A stretch of 64,000 bases of DNA from Longimicrobiales bacterium (GCA_965226375.1 CBDDCX010000008.1:1472001-1536000), one strand, 5' to 3'. Counted from the first letter of the stretch, positions 51,985 through 63,136 are shown. Made by a program: numbers and translations. The notes: generated from the sequence alone by a model not told the origin.

Positions 51985-53612
51985 ATGAACGGCAGATACA
52001 ACGTTCCCCGCCCCACTAACGATCCCGTCCGAAGCTACGCGCCCGGCACTCCCGAGCGCGATTCCATCAAGTCCAGACTGGTCGCCATCGCCGCCGAGCA
52101 AGTCGAGATTCCTCTCATCATCGGCGGGCAGGAGATCCGCACCGGCACCATGGCGGATGCGGTCATGCCTCACCGGCACTCGCACGTACTGGGGACCTGC
52201 CACCGAGCGGGGACGGACGAGATCAAGCAGGCGATCAAGGCGTCGACGGATGCTCAGCACGAATGGTCGTCCACTCCTTGGGAGGACCGCGCTTCGATCT
52301 TCCTGACGGCGGCCGAGCTTCTGGCCACCACGTGGCGTGACACACTGAACGCCGCCACGATGCTAGACCAGAGTAAGACGGTGCATCAGGCCGAAGTCGA
52401 CGCGGCGTGTGAGTTGGTGGACTTCTTGCGGTTCAACGTCCACTTCGCCCAGCAGATCTACGAGGGACAGCCCATCTCCAGCGAGGGTATGTGGAACCGC
52501 ACGGAGTATCGCTCGCTGGAGGGTTTCATCTACGCCGTATCGCCGTTCAACTTCACGGCCATCGGCGGCAACTTGTCGTCCGCCCCGGCCATCATGGGCA
52601 ACACCATCCTGTGGAAGCCGTCCAGCGCAGCACTCCTGAGCAGTTATTACGTAATGCGACTCTTCGAGGCGGCGGGACTCCCCCCCGGAGTCATCAACTT
52701 CGTGCCCGGCCCTCCGGCCGAGATCACGGAGCTCGTGCTGAGTAGCCCGCACTTTGCTGGAGCCCACTTCACCGGCTCGACTGCTGTGTTCCAGGGCCTC
52801 TGGAAGACGGTGGGCGAGCGCATCGCCGGCTATCGTTCCTATCCTCGGCTGGTCGGAGAGACCGGCGGCAAGGACTTCATCGTTACCCACCCGAGCGCTG
52901 ATGTGGATGCGCTCAAGACCGCCATCGTGCGAGGCTCCTTCGAGTACCAGGGACAAAAGTGCAGCGCGGCGTCGCGTGCCTACGTGCCGGAGAGCATCTG
53001 GAAGCAGCTGAAGGAACCGCTTGTCGAGGAAACCAACGCCCTCACCATGGGCGAACCCACGGACTTCCGGAACTTCATGGGAGCCGTGATTCACGAATCT
53101 GCTTTCGAGAAGATCACCGGGTATATCGATCGAGCGGCGGCCAGCTCCGACGCCGACATCATCGCCGGTGGGCAATACGACGGCTCGGAGGGCTACTTCA
53201 TCCGGCCGACCATAATCCTGTCCCACAAGCCGGACTACGAGTCCATGTGTGACGAGATCTTCGGACCCGTGATCACCATTTATGTGTACCCGGACGCCGA
53301 GTGGACCGAGATGCTGTCACTGGTGGAGTCCACCTCGCCCTATGCGCTCACGGGGGCGGTCTTCAGCCAGGATCGTGCCGCGCTCCGCCAAGCTCGCGAG
53401 ATTCTCCGGTTCACGGCAGGCAATTTCTACATCAACGACAAGCCCACCGGAGCGGTGGTAGGCCAACAGCCCTTCGGTGGAGCTCGGGCCAGCGGAACGA
53501 ACGACAAGGCCGGCTCGGTCCTCAACCTCTTGAGGTGGACCTCGGCCAGAGTATCAAAGAGACGTTCGTGCCGCCAACCGACTATCGCTATCCGTTTATG
53601 GACGCCGAATAG
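51985..53612 (+). CDS. pruA: Delta-1-pyrroline-5-carboxylate dehydrogenase (frameshift near 53549)
   Basis: SPFNFTAIGGNL, FTGST, GETGGKDF, FEYQGQKCSA, EIFGP, GQQPFGGARASGTNDKAGS. The native tail SIKETFVPPTDYRYPFM is in another frame. Confidence 0.93.
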
Positions 53613-53661
53613 GGCTGTGCATGCCCCCTGGGGGCCATCCCTCAGGGGTCTCTCTTCGTTT

Positions 53662-54249
53662 CTAACCGCCCAGACCACCGAGGAGCGTGCTCAGGGCGTG
53701 GTACCCGCCACCGCCCGGAGCCGCGAACACAACCCGCCTCGTGACCAGATCCCCCAAAGCCTCACGGTGGTGCGCACCCGGTAACACGTCGGCTACATCG
53801 GCAGGCTCGATGCGGCCGTGGTCCTCCAGAACCGACCATGCGTGAGCCTCGTCCTCCGTCCGGGTCCCGAGCAGCTCGAATCGACCACCCACCTCCGCGA
53901 CGGCCGCCAAGGACTGCCTGTGGAGCACGGTCTCGATGGGGTCCCGATGGATCTGGCCGACACCCCTGAACACGAACAGGGCGTCGCCTGGCCTGTCCTC
54001 TTCCAGAAAGCGGCGGATGAGCTTGGCCACCACTTCGTCGGCGCACGAGAAGTCGATCACGCTGACCTCGGAAAAGTCGATCAGAGAAAGCGACGTCCGG
54101 CTGCTCTCTGCAACCTGAGCTTCGATGGCCAAACGTACAGCGCGGCCAGTGGGCCTCGTTACGAGGTGAGAATACAGCGACGCAAACGAGCGCTGTAACA
54201 GCACACCCACATCGATGGCGATGGGATCGACCTGGAACTCATGCCTCAT
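53662..54249 (-). CDS. STAS-like (DUF4325-like) protein with putative C-terminal winged helix
   Basis: LIDFSEVSVIDFSCADEVVAKL...FVFRGV, followed by a helical C-terminal domain. Confidence 0.6.
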   Translation of the reverse strand: MRHEFQVDPIAIDVGVLLQRSFASLYSHLVTRPTGRAVRLAIEAQVAESSRTSLSLIDFSEVSVIDFSCADEVVAKLIRRFLEEDRPGDALFVFRGVGQIHRDPIETVLHRQSLAAVAEVGGRFELLGTRTEDEAHAWSVLEDHGRIEPADVADVLPGAHHREALGDLVTRRVVFAAPGGGGYHALSTLLGGLGG

Positions 54250-55132
54250 CGGCGATGCGCTCCGGAAGAATGATGTTGATCTGCGTTCCCGGGAACTCGG
54301 GCAAACCCTCTTCCAGGGGCGGGGAATCGAACCACTCGGGCACGTCGGCTATGCGCGCCGTGCCGCTGCGGATGGAGATGAGCCCGTCCCAGCGCCGGAC
54401 CTGCTTCCGGATCTGCTGAATTCCCTGCCCTCTGCCGGAATCGGGAAAGCGCGTCAGGCCATGGATGAACGCAGCCTCGAGTGCCGTGGCGTCACCCCAG
54501 CGATCGGCGAAGCGGGCGGAATGTTCGTCGGCCAGGGAGCCCCTGAAGCCTCGTCCAAGGTCGGATACGGAGATGATTACGACGTGACGCCCCAATCGCT
54601 TGGACCAGTTGTACGACTGTGCCGCCACCCAACCCGCTGCCTCGGCATGCTCGATCACATTCTGACACACCTCGCTGAGGATGACGCTGAATTGAACCAC
54701 GCTGGTCAACGGATAACCCAGAGTCTTCGACAAGATGGCGCCGGCCCGCTTCTGCACCCGATCCACTACTGCGTGAACGTCACTGTTGGTGGTGATGGGT
54801 GTGATCTCGAGTAACACGTCGGACTCCCCCGCCGCACGCCTGTGGGGGATCTTGCCGATGTCGAACACGCCCTCCGCCGCCTGGAAAAATCCCATGCGGT
54901 CCAGGTAACTCTTCACATCCCCGACCTCGGGCAGCTCCAGATGAGGCGGCTCTCCGCTCCGGTCGCGGGCAACGGAACCGGCAGCCAACAAGTTCACCAT
55001 CCCGTTGGGGCCGACCCATCGCAGGTGCCGCCCGTCGAAGAGGGTCTTCTGGCCCCCCGCCTCCACGACCTCGGCCAGTAGGGCGTCGTATGTGTGGAAG
55101 TCCAGAGAGCCTGGAAGTTCGATGACCCTCAT
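54239..55132 (-). CDS. STAS + HATPase_c (anti-sigma-type Ser kinase-like) protein
   Basis: N box SEVCQNVIEHA, G1 box VSDLGRG, G2 box GRGQG; N-terminal LFDGRHLRWVGPNG. Confidence 0.75.
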   Translation of the reverse strand: MRVIELPGSLDFHTYDALLAEVVEAGGQKTLFDGRHLRWVGPNGMVNLLAAGSVARDRSGEPPHLELPEVGDVKSYLDRMGFFQAAEGVFDIGKIPHRRAAGESDVLLEITPITTNSDVHAVVDRVQKRAGAILSKTLGYPLTSVVQFSVILSEVCQNVIEHAEAAGWVAAQSYNWSKRLGRHVVIISVSDLGRGFRGSLADEHSARFADRWGDATALEAAFIHGLTRFPDSGRGQGIQQIRKQVRRWDGLISIRSGTARIADVPEWFDSPPLEEGLPEFPGTQINIILPERIADEA

Positions 55133-56130
55133 GCGCCCCTCTGCCCGGAAAGCCGACCCCTCAAGTGCCGATTCAAGCCGCTGGCACCTCGATGTTCCAC
55201 GTTCTTGGATGCCATGCGGTTCGCGTAAGTCATAGCGCCTTGAAGTTCGCTTCCTCCAAGCAGCCGGGCAAAGAAAGTAGCTCCCCAAACGTCACCGCAG
55301 CCAGTGGAGTCACCCTGTAGCTCGCCTGTCTCGGAGAGGGTGCGACCGCTGTGTGCGTGTCCCGGTGCCGCTACCCGATGCCGCGTCTCGGGCCAACACG
55401 CCGGATCACTATCGAACCCGGCTCCCGCCACGTAACCCGCCCCCTTGGAACCCAAAGTGACGGTGATGAGCTTGAGCTCGGGGCCGACCACCTGGGCGGC
55501 GAGCTGCCAGGGATCGCCCATGGCTCGACCCAACAACTCGAACTCCAACTCGTTCATCTGGACGGCGTCGAAAGAGCGGAGCCAGGCTCCCCAGGAGGGA
55601 AGCTCCTGAGGAACCCGTATGCCGCTCCCCCCCACTGCCAGGAAAAGGGAGTGGAGATCGGCATAGGTCGGCCCGCGAAAGGAGCTTCTCAACGCTCGGG
55701 CTGTATCCAGCTCCATCTCGAAACCGGAGATGAAGTTGATGTAGAGAGCGTCGCAGGTGCCTACCAGCGGGCCCAGCTCGGCCCACAACCACGGGGGTAC
55801 TCCGCCCGTTAGCCGTTCGCTGCGACGCTCGTTCCCGGAGTAGATCAGCTCGACCCGGTTGCTGGGCTCCGGCACGACACGAACACCCGTCTCGACGTCC
55901 ATGCGCGGGAAGTCCCGAAGGAATCGCCAAGCCGCTTCCGAGAGGTCCGATCCAATCTTGATGATGGGCACGACCTCCCACTCCGACGGCAGTGCTGCCT
56001 CCAAGGCGGACAACGCATAGCCGATCCCTCCCCACTCCTCGACGGGTTCGCTACGGCCGTCCCTATGTCGAATCGTGTCCCACACGAGGGTCCCAACCAC
56101 CCCGAGACGCTTGGAAGCGACTTCAGACAC
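55129..56130 (-). CDS. PfkB-family carbohydrate kinase
   Basis: WGGIGY, QMNELE, VTLGSKGA, DSTGCGDVWG. Confidence 0.8.
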   Translation of the reverse strand: MSEVASKRLGVVGTLVWDTIRHRDGRSEPVEEWGGIGYALSALEAALPSEWEVVPIIKIGSDLSEAAWRFLRDFPRMDVETGVRVVPEPSNRVELIYSGNERRSERLTGGVPPWLWAELGPLVGTCDALYINFISGFEMELDTARALRSSFRGPTYADLHSLFLAVGGSGIRVPQELPSWGAWLRSFDAVQMNELEFELLGRAMGDPWQLAAQVVGPELKLITVTLGSKGAGYVAGAGFDSDPACWPETRHRVAAPGHAHSGRTLSETGELQGDSTGCGDVWGATFFARLLGGSELQGAMTYANRMASKNVEHRGASGLNRHLRGRLSGQRGA

Positions 56131-57010
56131 TCGTATCCGCCTCCTCGAGCTCCGCAATTCCGAGCCGCGCTCGCACCTCACCGTTCACTCGAATTCGATC
56201 CCGGATGGCCCGGTTTGCGGCAACCACCTCGGGACTGCGATACGGCCTCGGATGCCACAGATGGAGGCAGGGGGCCCGATGGCGAATCTGCCGTCCCGGA
56301 ACTCCCAGGTTGACCAGGCGCTCCCCGAGCGCCCGATCCAGACCGCCATACCCCATATCCATGTCGAACCCGTTCACCGCCAATACGGAGCTCTTCCATG
56401 CAGAAGCGTTATGCCCGTTCCAGGTGGGACGGGTCGGCGTGATGCGGTCGAGGACATACCCCAGCCTCGACGACCGCGTCAAACGGAAGCGTCGACGTCC
56501 TCCTCTCCACCCCCTCGCCTTGAGCCAAGAGCGTCTGAACACACGCCCTGACGTCACGTCCTCGACCGTCATGGTCTCGGAGAGATCGCGCGGAAGCTTC
56601 AGGTATCCACCCGAGAGAAACGTGGAGGGTTGTGCCTTTCGGACATGCACCTCAACAAAGTCCTCGCGCGGGACACAATCACCGTCGGAGAAGATGAGGT
56701 AGTCGCCGGTCGCAGCCACGACGGCCCGATTCAGAATCTCGGTCTTTCGAAATCCGCGATCCTCATGCCACACCCGATGTATCGTGAGGCCGGCCTCGTC
56801 ACGGACCCTGTCGATGACACGGCCCGTCTCCGGCCCCGATCCATCGTCGGCCACGACCACCTCGAAGTCGGCAAAGGTCTGGCGCGCGTAGCCCCAAAGC
56901 GTGAACTCCAGAGCAGCCGGCTGGTCATACGTGGTGAGAATGACTGAAGGGCGGACGCCGGGTTCGGACCGCGAAGGCTCCAGCGTGCGAGCCTCGCCGT
57001 CGACGCTCAC
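56123..57010 (-). CDS. Glycosyltransferase family 2 (GT7C-like C-terminus)
   Basis: SVILTTY, VADDGS, FSDGDC, AVNGFD, HLWH. Confidence 0.88.
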   Translation of the reverse strand: MSVDGEARTLEPSRSEPGVRPSVILTTYDQPAALEFTLWGYARQTFADFEVVVADDGSGPETGRVIDRVRDEAGLTIHRVWHEDRGFRKTEILNRAVVAATGDYLIFSDGDCVPREDFVEVHVRKAQPSTFLSGGYLKLPRDLSETMTVEDVTSGRVFRRSWLKARGWRGGRRRFRLTRSSRLGYVLDRITPTRPTWNGHNASAWKSSVLAVNGFDMDMGYGGLDRALGERLVNLGVPGRQIRHRAPCLHLWHPRPYRSPEVVAANRAIRDRIRVNGEVRARLGIAELEEADTSV

Positions 57011-58809
57011 GAGTCGCCGAGCTGGAGGACCGCCAGGAAGGCCTCCTGCGGAATCTCCACCGAACCGACCTGTTTCATCCGCTTCTTTCCGGCCTTCTGC
57101 TTCTCCAGCAGCTTCCTTTTCCGCGTAATGTCACCACCATAACACTTTGCGGTCACGTTCTTGCGGAGGGCCTTCACGTTCGAGCGTGCCACGATCTGCG
57201 TGCCGATGGCGGCCTGCAACGCCACCTCGAACTGCTGACGCGGGATCAGCTTCTTGAGTCGCCGCACCAGATCACGGCCGTATTCAGCAGCCTTCTCTTC
57301 ATGAATGATCACTGAGAACGCGTCCACGGGGTCGTTGTTCACCAGAATGTCGAGCTTGACCAAGTCGTGGGGCCGAAACTCGAGAAACTCGTAGTCGAGA
57401 GCCGCATATCCGCGGGTCCCACCCTTGAGCTTGTCGTAGAAATCCAGGACGATCTCGGCCAAGGGCAACTCGAACTCGATTTCAACTCTCTCGGTATCGA
57501 GGTACTGCATCCCCTTGAAGACGCCGCGTCGGTCGTGGCATAGCTTCTGCACGTTGCCGATGTACTCCGAAGGGCAAACGATGCTGGCAAGCACGATCGG
57601 CTCAGAGACGGTGTTGATGCGGCCGCGCTCCGGAAGGGCCGTGGGATTCTCGATGGTCAACTCGGTACCGTCGGTCAGGCTCACGCGGTATTCCACATTG
57701 GGCACGGTGGTGATGAGATCCACTCCGAACTCACGATCCAGACGCTCCTGGATGATCTCCATATGGAGGAGCCCCAGGAACCCGCAGCGGAAGCCGAAAC
57801 CCAGCGCCACGGACGTCTCGGCGACGTAGTGCAGGCTCGCGTCGTTGAGTTTGAGGCGATCGAGAGCGTCGCGGAGGTTCTCATAGTCGTCCGCGTCGGT
57901 CGGGTAGAGCCCTGCGAAAACCATGGACTGGACGTCCTTGTATCCCTCCAGGAGTTCGTCCGCCCGGTTGTCCGCGTCCAGGACCGTATCTCCGACACGC
58001 GTGTGCCCTACGTCCTTGATGGCCGCGATGACGTATCCAACCTCGCCCGGCATCAGCTCGGTTCGAGGGACGCGCCCTAGACGCATGAAGCCGACTTCCG
58101 TGACTTCATAACTCTGGTCGACGGCTCCGAAGGTGATGGACATCCCCGCCTTCACGACGCCGTCGGCAATCCTCACGTTCGGGACGGCACCCTGATATTG
58201 GTCGTACGAGGAATCGAAGATCAAAGCCCTGAGGGGTGCAGCGGCATCCCCCGCGGGAGCCGGCACCTGATGTACTACTTCTTCCAGTACCGGCTTGATG
58301 CCGAGGCCCTCCTTGGCGCTGACCAGGAGTATTCTCTCGGGCTCGATGCCCAGCAGGTCGGCAAGCTCCTCTTGCCGGCGTTCGGGCTCAGCCCCGGGCA
58401 GGTCGATCTTGTTGATGACCGGGATGACCTCGAGATCGGCCTCCATGGCCAAGAAGAGGTTTGAGAGCGTCTGGGCCTGGATCCCCTGCGTCGCGTCGAC
58501 CACGAGGATCGCACCTTCACAAGCCGCGAGTGACCTCGAGACCTCATACGAAAAGTCGACATGGCCAGGCGTGTCGATGAGGTTCAGGACGTACGCGTCG
58601 CCGTCGTCCGCGCTGTAGTCCATACGAACCGCGTGCAGCTTGATGGTAATGCCCCGCTCGCGTTCCAACTCGTTGGAATCGAGAACTTGCTCCCGCATGT
58701 CACGCTCGTCGAGCGTGTTCGTCTCCTCGAGCAACCGATCGGCCAGTGTCGACTTGCCGTGATCGATATGCGCGATGATGCAGAAGTTACGGATGTGGTC
58801 GAGATCCAC
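57007..58809 (-). CDS. lepA: Elongation factor 4
   Basis: [57 protein letters not shown]. Confidence 0.98.
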   Translation of the reverse strand: MDLDHIRNFCIIAHIDHGKSTLADRLLEETNTLDERDMREQVLDSNELERERGITIKLHAVRMDYSADDGDAYVLNLIDTPGHVDFSYEVSRSLAACEGAILVVDATQGIQAQTLSNLFLAMEADLEVIPVINKIDLPGAEPERRQEELADLLGIEPERILLVSAKEGLGIKPVLEEVVHQVPAPAGDAAAPLRALIFDSSYDQYQGAVPNVRIADGVVKAGMSITFGAVDQSYEVTEVGFMRLGRVPRTELMPGEVGYVIAAIKDVGHTRVGDTVLDADNRADELLEGYKDVQSMVFAGLYPTDADDYENLRDALDRLKLNDASLHYVAETSVALGFGFRCGFLGLLHMEIIQERLDREFGVDLITTVPNVEYRVSLTDGTELTIENPTALPERGRINTVSEPIVLASIVCPSEYIGNVQKLCHDRRGVFKGMQYLDTERVEIEFELPLAEIVLDFYDKLKGGTRGYAALDYEFLEFRPHDLVKLDILVNNDPVDAFSVIIHEEKAAEYGRDLVRRLKKLIPRQQFEVALQAAIGTQIVARSNVKALRKNVTAKCYGGDITRKRKLLEKQKAGKKRMKQVGSVEIPQEAFLAVLQLGDS

Positions 58810-58932
58810 TGCGGAAGCAATTCCACCTAGAGGGTCGGGAACTTGAACGCATGAAGATAATCGGCGTGAATCGACCAAAGAAGGCGGGGTGGATCCACCC
58901 CGTCAAAGCTCCGTAGTGCGCGGTGGGATCCC

Positions 58933-60042
58933 CTACCCTCCGGGTCGACGTCGCTCGGCCGGCGGGCGCCTCTTCAGGACCGGCCGCTTCGCCTCCGGTG
59001 GCGCGGCCGGCCGGGCCTTCCGAGTGCCCCGTGGAACCTCCGACCGGGCGGCCGTACCGGGCCGGATCACGGGCGGACGCCCGGGCGGACTCACGCGCGC
59101 CCGACCTTCACCGGACGACGGGTCTCGAAGACTGGTCGGCCGGCGAATCTCAGCCGCCCCCACCCCACCACGCGGGATCGCCTTGCCACGAGCCGGGTTG
59201 GCCGCCCCTGCGGCGTCGGCAGCACCGGCGGTCGGAACACTCCGAACCAACGGCGTTGCCGGCTCACCCCACGCCCGCTCCTTGAAGCCGAAACGCGGAC
59301 CGCTCGGGACGCTCCTACCCACCAAGACCACCTGATCTCCCCCGTAACGTCTCGACGGGTAGAAATACGGATCGCCGTAGACCACGACCCTGAAGTTCGT
59401 GCAGGTATAGCGATACGGGTCCCAGATATCGAGCGGCTTGAAGCCGTGGCAGTCGTAACACAGAAACCGTGGATATTCGTGCACACCTCCTACGCTGTAG
59501 GACACGAAATCGAGGCTGTAGGCGGCAGACTCCCAGTCGGGAACGAGGCGTGCCACGTAGTCGTCCATGGCCATATAGGGGTCTTCGTAGATCCTGTTTC
59601 CCACGACCGACAGATCCCACCCACCATCGTAGTAGGAGTAGCGAAAATCCGAAAAATCGAACGGCGTGGAGGACGTGACGATGAAAAAGGAACCCATGCC
59701 CGAGCGGTCCCCCACATTCCAGTAGGACGACCGGGGCAAGAGCAGTCGGTACTCCCGGTTCGCCCGCGCGTAGTGGTTCTCTTCGGGCGACTGTGGGTAC
59801 ATCAGCCGTACGACCCCGTCCGTGTCAACCTGGAGGATGGCCACATAAGCGGTCACGGTCGAGCGATAGTAGACACGGACCCGGTCACCCCTCTGCAGAA
59901 CCGGATCGACGCCCCGGTCGAACCAGATCTGGGCGGCGGGCACGGGCGGATGATGCCGGTACGTGGCAACCCGATCCAGATCCCATGTCTCCGGGCCCAT
60001 GGCGAGGGCCGAGAGCGCGCTGACAACTCCTGTGATCCACAT
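58933..60042 (-). CDS. DUF4384-like exported protein with a CXXCH motif and Pro/Arg-rich tail
   Basis: RGDRVRVYYR...YVAILQVDTDGVVRLMYP and FLCYDCHGF; GGAGGAG SD before the ATG at 60042. Confidence 0.7.
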   Translation of the reverse strand: MWITGVVSALSALAMGPETWDLDRVATYRHHPPVPAAQIWFDRGVDPVLQRGDRVRVYYRSTVTAYVAILQVDTDGVVRLMYPQSPEENHYARANREYRLLLPRSSYWNVGDRSGMGSFFIVTSSTPFDFSDFRYSYYDGGWDLSVVGNRIYEDPYMAMDDYVARLVPDWESAAYSLDFVSYSVGGVHEYPRFLCYDCHGFKPLDIWDPYRYTCTNFRVVVYGDPYFYPSRRYGGDQVVLVGRSVPSGPRFGFKERAWGEPATPLVRSVPTAGAADAAGAANPARGKAIPRGGVGAAEIRRPTSLRDPSSGEGRARVSPPGRPPVIRPGTAARSEVPRGTRKARPAAPPEAKRPVLKRRPPAERRRPGG

Positions 60043-60082
60043 ATGCTCCTCCCTAGGCATCGATCCCCCACCCTCGGAGTCG

Positions 60083-60097
60083 GCAGGACTCGTGCCA
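60083..60097 (-). promoter_or_regulatory. Putative sigma54 (-24/-12) promoter
   Basis: Minus strand TGGCACGAGTCCTGC (GG-N10-GC), 40 bp upstream of the ATG. Confidence 0.6.
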
Positions 60098-60249
60098 GCG
60101 CTAAAACCTTGTAGTTAGTGGCGAATCGACCCACCTGGGGCCCCGGAGCGTCCGAAAAAGTGGACGACGATCGACAAAGCACTGGGACACACATCCCAAC
60201 CGTCGGGACTACCCATTGCCTTTCTCCGGCGACCCGTTAGTGTGCCGCC

Positions 60250-61185
60250 ATGCCTGACTTCACGTCCAACGCGCCGAGTCGCCTCCGCTCACGGCCCGAC
60301 TTGATGGATCCACAGACGCTCTCACAGCTGGGGGGCGTGGAACTCATCGCCCGCCAGGTGGTCGAGGGGTTCATCATGGGTCTGCACCGCTCACCACACC
60401 GCGGATTCTCGGCCGAGTTCGCGGAGTTGAGGGCCTATCAACCCGGCGACGATCTACGCCACATCGACTGGCGCATGTTCGGGCGCTCCGATCGCTACTA
60501 CGTAAAACAGTTCGAGGAGGAGACGAATCTGCGAGCCTATATTCTCGTGGACGTGAGCACGTCCATGGGGTGGAGCTCAGAGCCGGATACCCTTCCGACC
60601 AAGCTCTGGTACGCCAAGCACCTGGCCGCCTCCCTCGCGCTGATCCTCTTGCGCCAGGGAGATGCCGTGGGACTGGCGGCGTTCCACGACGAGGTCGTCG
60701 CTCGCGTCCAGCCGCGTGGAGGCCAGCGTTACTGGCATGAGATCCTCCGACGGCTGGCGCCTCTGGAGGCGCAGGGGCTCACGTCGGCCCACTCGGCCCT
60801 ACGGGATATCGCGGTCCGCCTTCGGCGAGCCGGCCTGGTGGTGCTCCTCTCGGACATGCTCGTCGACCCCGAGACGACCCGCACCGCTCTCCGATTCCTG
60901 AGGCATCAGGGACACGAGGTGCTCGTCTTTCATCTGATCGACCCCGGGGAGCGTGAATTACCCGCCGCGGGTGACGCTCGCTTCTACGATCCGGAGACCG
61001 CAGAGGAGCTGAACGTGAACGTGGCCGACGTGCGCTCTGCCTATCGGGACGCCGTAAAGGACGCTCTGGCCGAGTGGGATCGGGGACTTCGACCACACGG
61101 CATCGACTATGTGGTCGTGGGGACCGAAACACCCCTGTCCCGAGCCCTTCGCGTCTATCTGCGAAAGCGGGAGCATCTGGGCTGA
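60250..61185 (+). CDS. DUF58 (vWA-like, MoxR-associated) protein
   Basis: GLHRSPHRGFSAEFAELRAYQPGDDLRHIDW, VKQFEEETN, DVSTSM, LLSD. Confidence 0.92.
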   Translation: MPDFTSNAPSRLRSRPDLMDPQTLSQLGGVELIARQVVEGFIMGLHRSPHRGFSAEFAELRAYQPGDDLRHIDWRMFGRSDRYYVKQFEEETNLRAYILVDVSTSMGWSSEPDTLPTKLWYAKHLAASLALILLRQGDAVGLAAFHDEVVARVQPRGGQRYWHEILRRLAPLEAQGLTSAHSALRDIAVRLRRAGLVVLLSDMLVDPETTRTALRFLRHQGHEVLVFHLIDPGERELPAAGDARFYDPETAEELNVNVADVRSAYRDAVKDALAEWDRGLRPHGIDYVVVGTETPLSRALRVYLRKREHLG

Positions 61186-63134
61186 TGGGTCTTCTCTCAC
61201 CGGTCTTTCTCCTGGCCGGACTCGCGGTGGCGGTGCCGCTGATTCTGCATTTTTTCCACCGCCATGACGCCCGCCGCATGGCCTTTCCTGCGCTTCGCTA
61301 CCTCCTGCGTACCGAAAAGGAGCATGCTCGAACGATTCGGCTGCGCCAGCTCCTGCTCCTCCTGCTTCGGATGGCCGCCATTCTGTTATTGGTCGCGGCC
61401 GGTGCCAGACCTTTTCTCCGTGGTGGCGGTGGGGTGCATGACCCGACCGCCGTGGTCATCGTGCTCGACAACTCGATGAGTTCGGGCCTGATCCGAGGGG
61501 GTGATCGGGTTCTCGACCTTCTCAAGTCCGTGGCCCTGAAGAGCATCGACGGCGCGAGCGACGAGGACCAAGTCTGGCTCGTTCGGGCGGGTCAGCCTTG
61601 GGATGTGGCCATCACCGGCTCGCGCACCCGACTGCGGGAGGCGATCGTCGCCACCGAGGTCACCGGCGCGAAGGGAGACCTCCTGGCGGCTCTCGGAAGG
61701 GCCGGCGGGCTGGTGTCCGGGTCGGAACTGTCGGCGAGGGAGATCCACCTCATCTCCGACATGCAAGCCTCGGCCTTTTCAGGTACCCCTCCCACGTCGG
61801 TGGTCCGAAGCATCCCCGTAATCGTCTTCAACGAGCGTGCCCCGATCCCCCCGAACGCCCACCTCGACAGCGTGGTCATCGGAGGCGGCCTGCCACCGCT
61901 GGCCAACCAGCGCACTCGCCTTTCCGTGCGCGTGTCGGGTCTGGACGATGACGAGGGCGTAGCCGTACGGCTCGTCATCGGGAACCGAATTCGTGGAGCC
62001 GCCACCGCCCGATCCGGTGGATCGACCGTGCTGCCGCTTGGGCCCTTCGCCATCGGTCGAGTGACCGGGTACGTAGAGAGCGATCCGGACGACCTGCGTG
62101 GAGACGACCGTCGGTACTTCACGTTTCAGGTCCGGACACCACCCACGGTAGCCACCACGGGCGCTTCGTCGTTCTTCCTCGACGAGGCGTTCCCGGTCCT
62201 CACGGACGCCGGGCGAATTCGGGTAACCCAGCCGCGTGACGCGGAGGTCCTCGTCAGCGTGGCCGGCGCTGCGGTGACCGACGTGACTGATGCGAGGCGT
62301 GCCACCGTGATCTTGCCACCGGGCGATGTCACCCTCCTCCCGGGCCTCAACAGAACTCTCGCCGCGGCCGGGATTCCGTGGCGATACGACCTTACCGACG
62401 GGCGTGGTGAGGCGGGCGTGACACAATGGACGGGTCCGGTTGACCTGAGCGAAGTCCGAGTATGGTCACACTACCTGCTCACTCCGAACGACGCCGGGCT
62501 CGAGGCGGGCGTCCTCGCACGCCTTTCGTCCGGGGAGCCCTGGCTGGTCCAAGGCACAAACCCGAGAGGCCCCTACCTCCTGTTGGCCTCGGACCTCGAA
62601 CCGGAGTCGACGAATCTGGCTGTGACCGCAGCCATGGTCCCGCTCCTCGAGTGGATCGTGGCGCGCTGGGGAAGCGCCGACGGTGAATCGGAGGGGCTGG
62701 TCGCGGGCGACGCCATACAGACACCGCAAGGAATAACCGCGATCAGGGATCCCGAGGGAGCCATCCACCCGGTGGACGCTACCCAGCCTTTCCGAGCAAC
62801 CCAATGGACCGGGTTGTACGAAGTTCTGCAGGACGACTCCGTCGTGAGCCTCGTGGCCGTGAACGCGCCGCCGTCCGAGTCGGTGCTGACCCCCGTGGAC
62901 TCCGACGAGCTGGAAGCCCTCGTTCCCGGACCCATGACCATGGTATCCGACAGTGCTCGATGGACGCGCTCCCTGTTCTCGACGGGTCAGGGACCCGAGG
63001 TGTGGCGATGGCTGCTCGTCGCCACCGTTCTGGTCCTCCTGGCCGAAAGCCTCGTGGCGGCCTCCGGGCCTGGCGCGACGGGCGCAAGAACGGCTCCTGC
63101 CACTCACGCGCCTCAGGATCCGACACCCGCCTGA
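61185..63134 (+). CDS. BatA N-terminal + vWA domain membrane protein
   Basis: AVPLILHFF, FPALRYL, LLLLLRMAA, MIDAS motif VLDNSMSS, ISD, C-terminal TM segment. Confidence 0.85.
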   Translation: MGLLSPVFLLAGLAVAVPLILHFFHRHDARRMAFPALRYLLRTEKEHARTIRLRQLLLLLLRMAAILLLVAAGARPFLRGGGGVHDPTAVVIVLDNSMSSGLIRGGDRVLDLLKSVALKSIDGASDEDQVWLVRAGQPWDVAITGSRTRLREAIVATEVTGAKGDLLAALGRAGGLVSGSELSAREIHLISDMQASAFSGTPPTSVVRSIPVIVFNERAPIPPNAHLDSVVIGGGLPPLANQRTRLSVRVSGLDDDEGVAVRLVIGNRIRGAATARSGGSTVLPLGPFAIGRVTGYVESDPDDLRGDDRRYFTFQVRTPPTVATTGASSFFLDEAFPVLTDAGRIRVTQPRDAEVLVSVAGAAVTDVTDARRATVILPPGDVTLLPGLNRTLAAAGIPWRYDLTDGRGEAGVTQWTGPVDLSEVRVWSHYLLTPNDAGLEAGVLARLSSGEPWLVQGTNPRGPYLLLASDLEPESTNLAVTAAMVPLLEWIVARWGSADGESEGLVAGDAIQTPQGITAIRDPEGAIHPVDATQPFRATQWTGLYEVLQDDSVVSLVAVNAPPSESVLTPVDSDELEALVPGPMTMVSDSARWTRSLFSTGQGPEVWRWLLVATVLVLLAESLVAASGPGATGARTAPATHAPQDPTPA

Positions 63135-63136
63135 CC

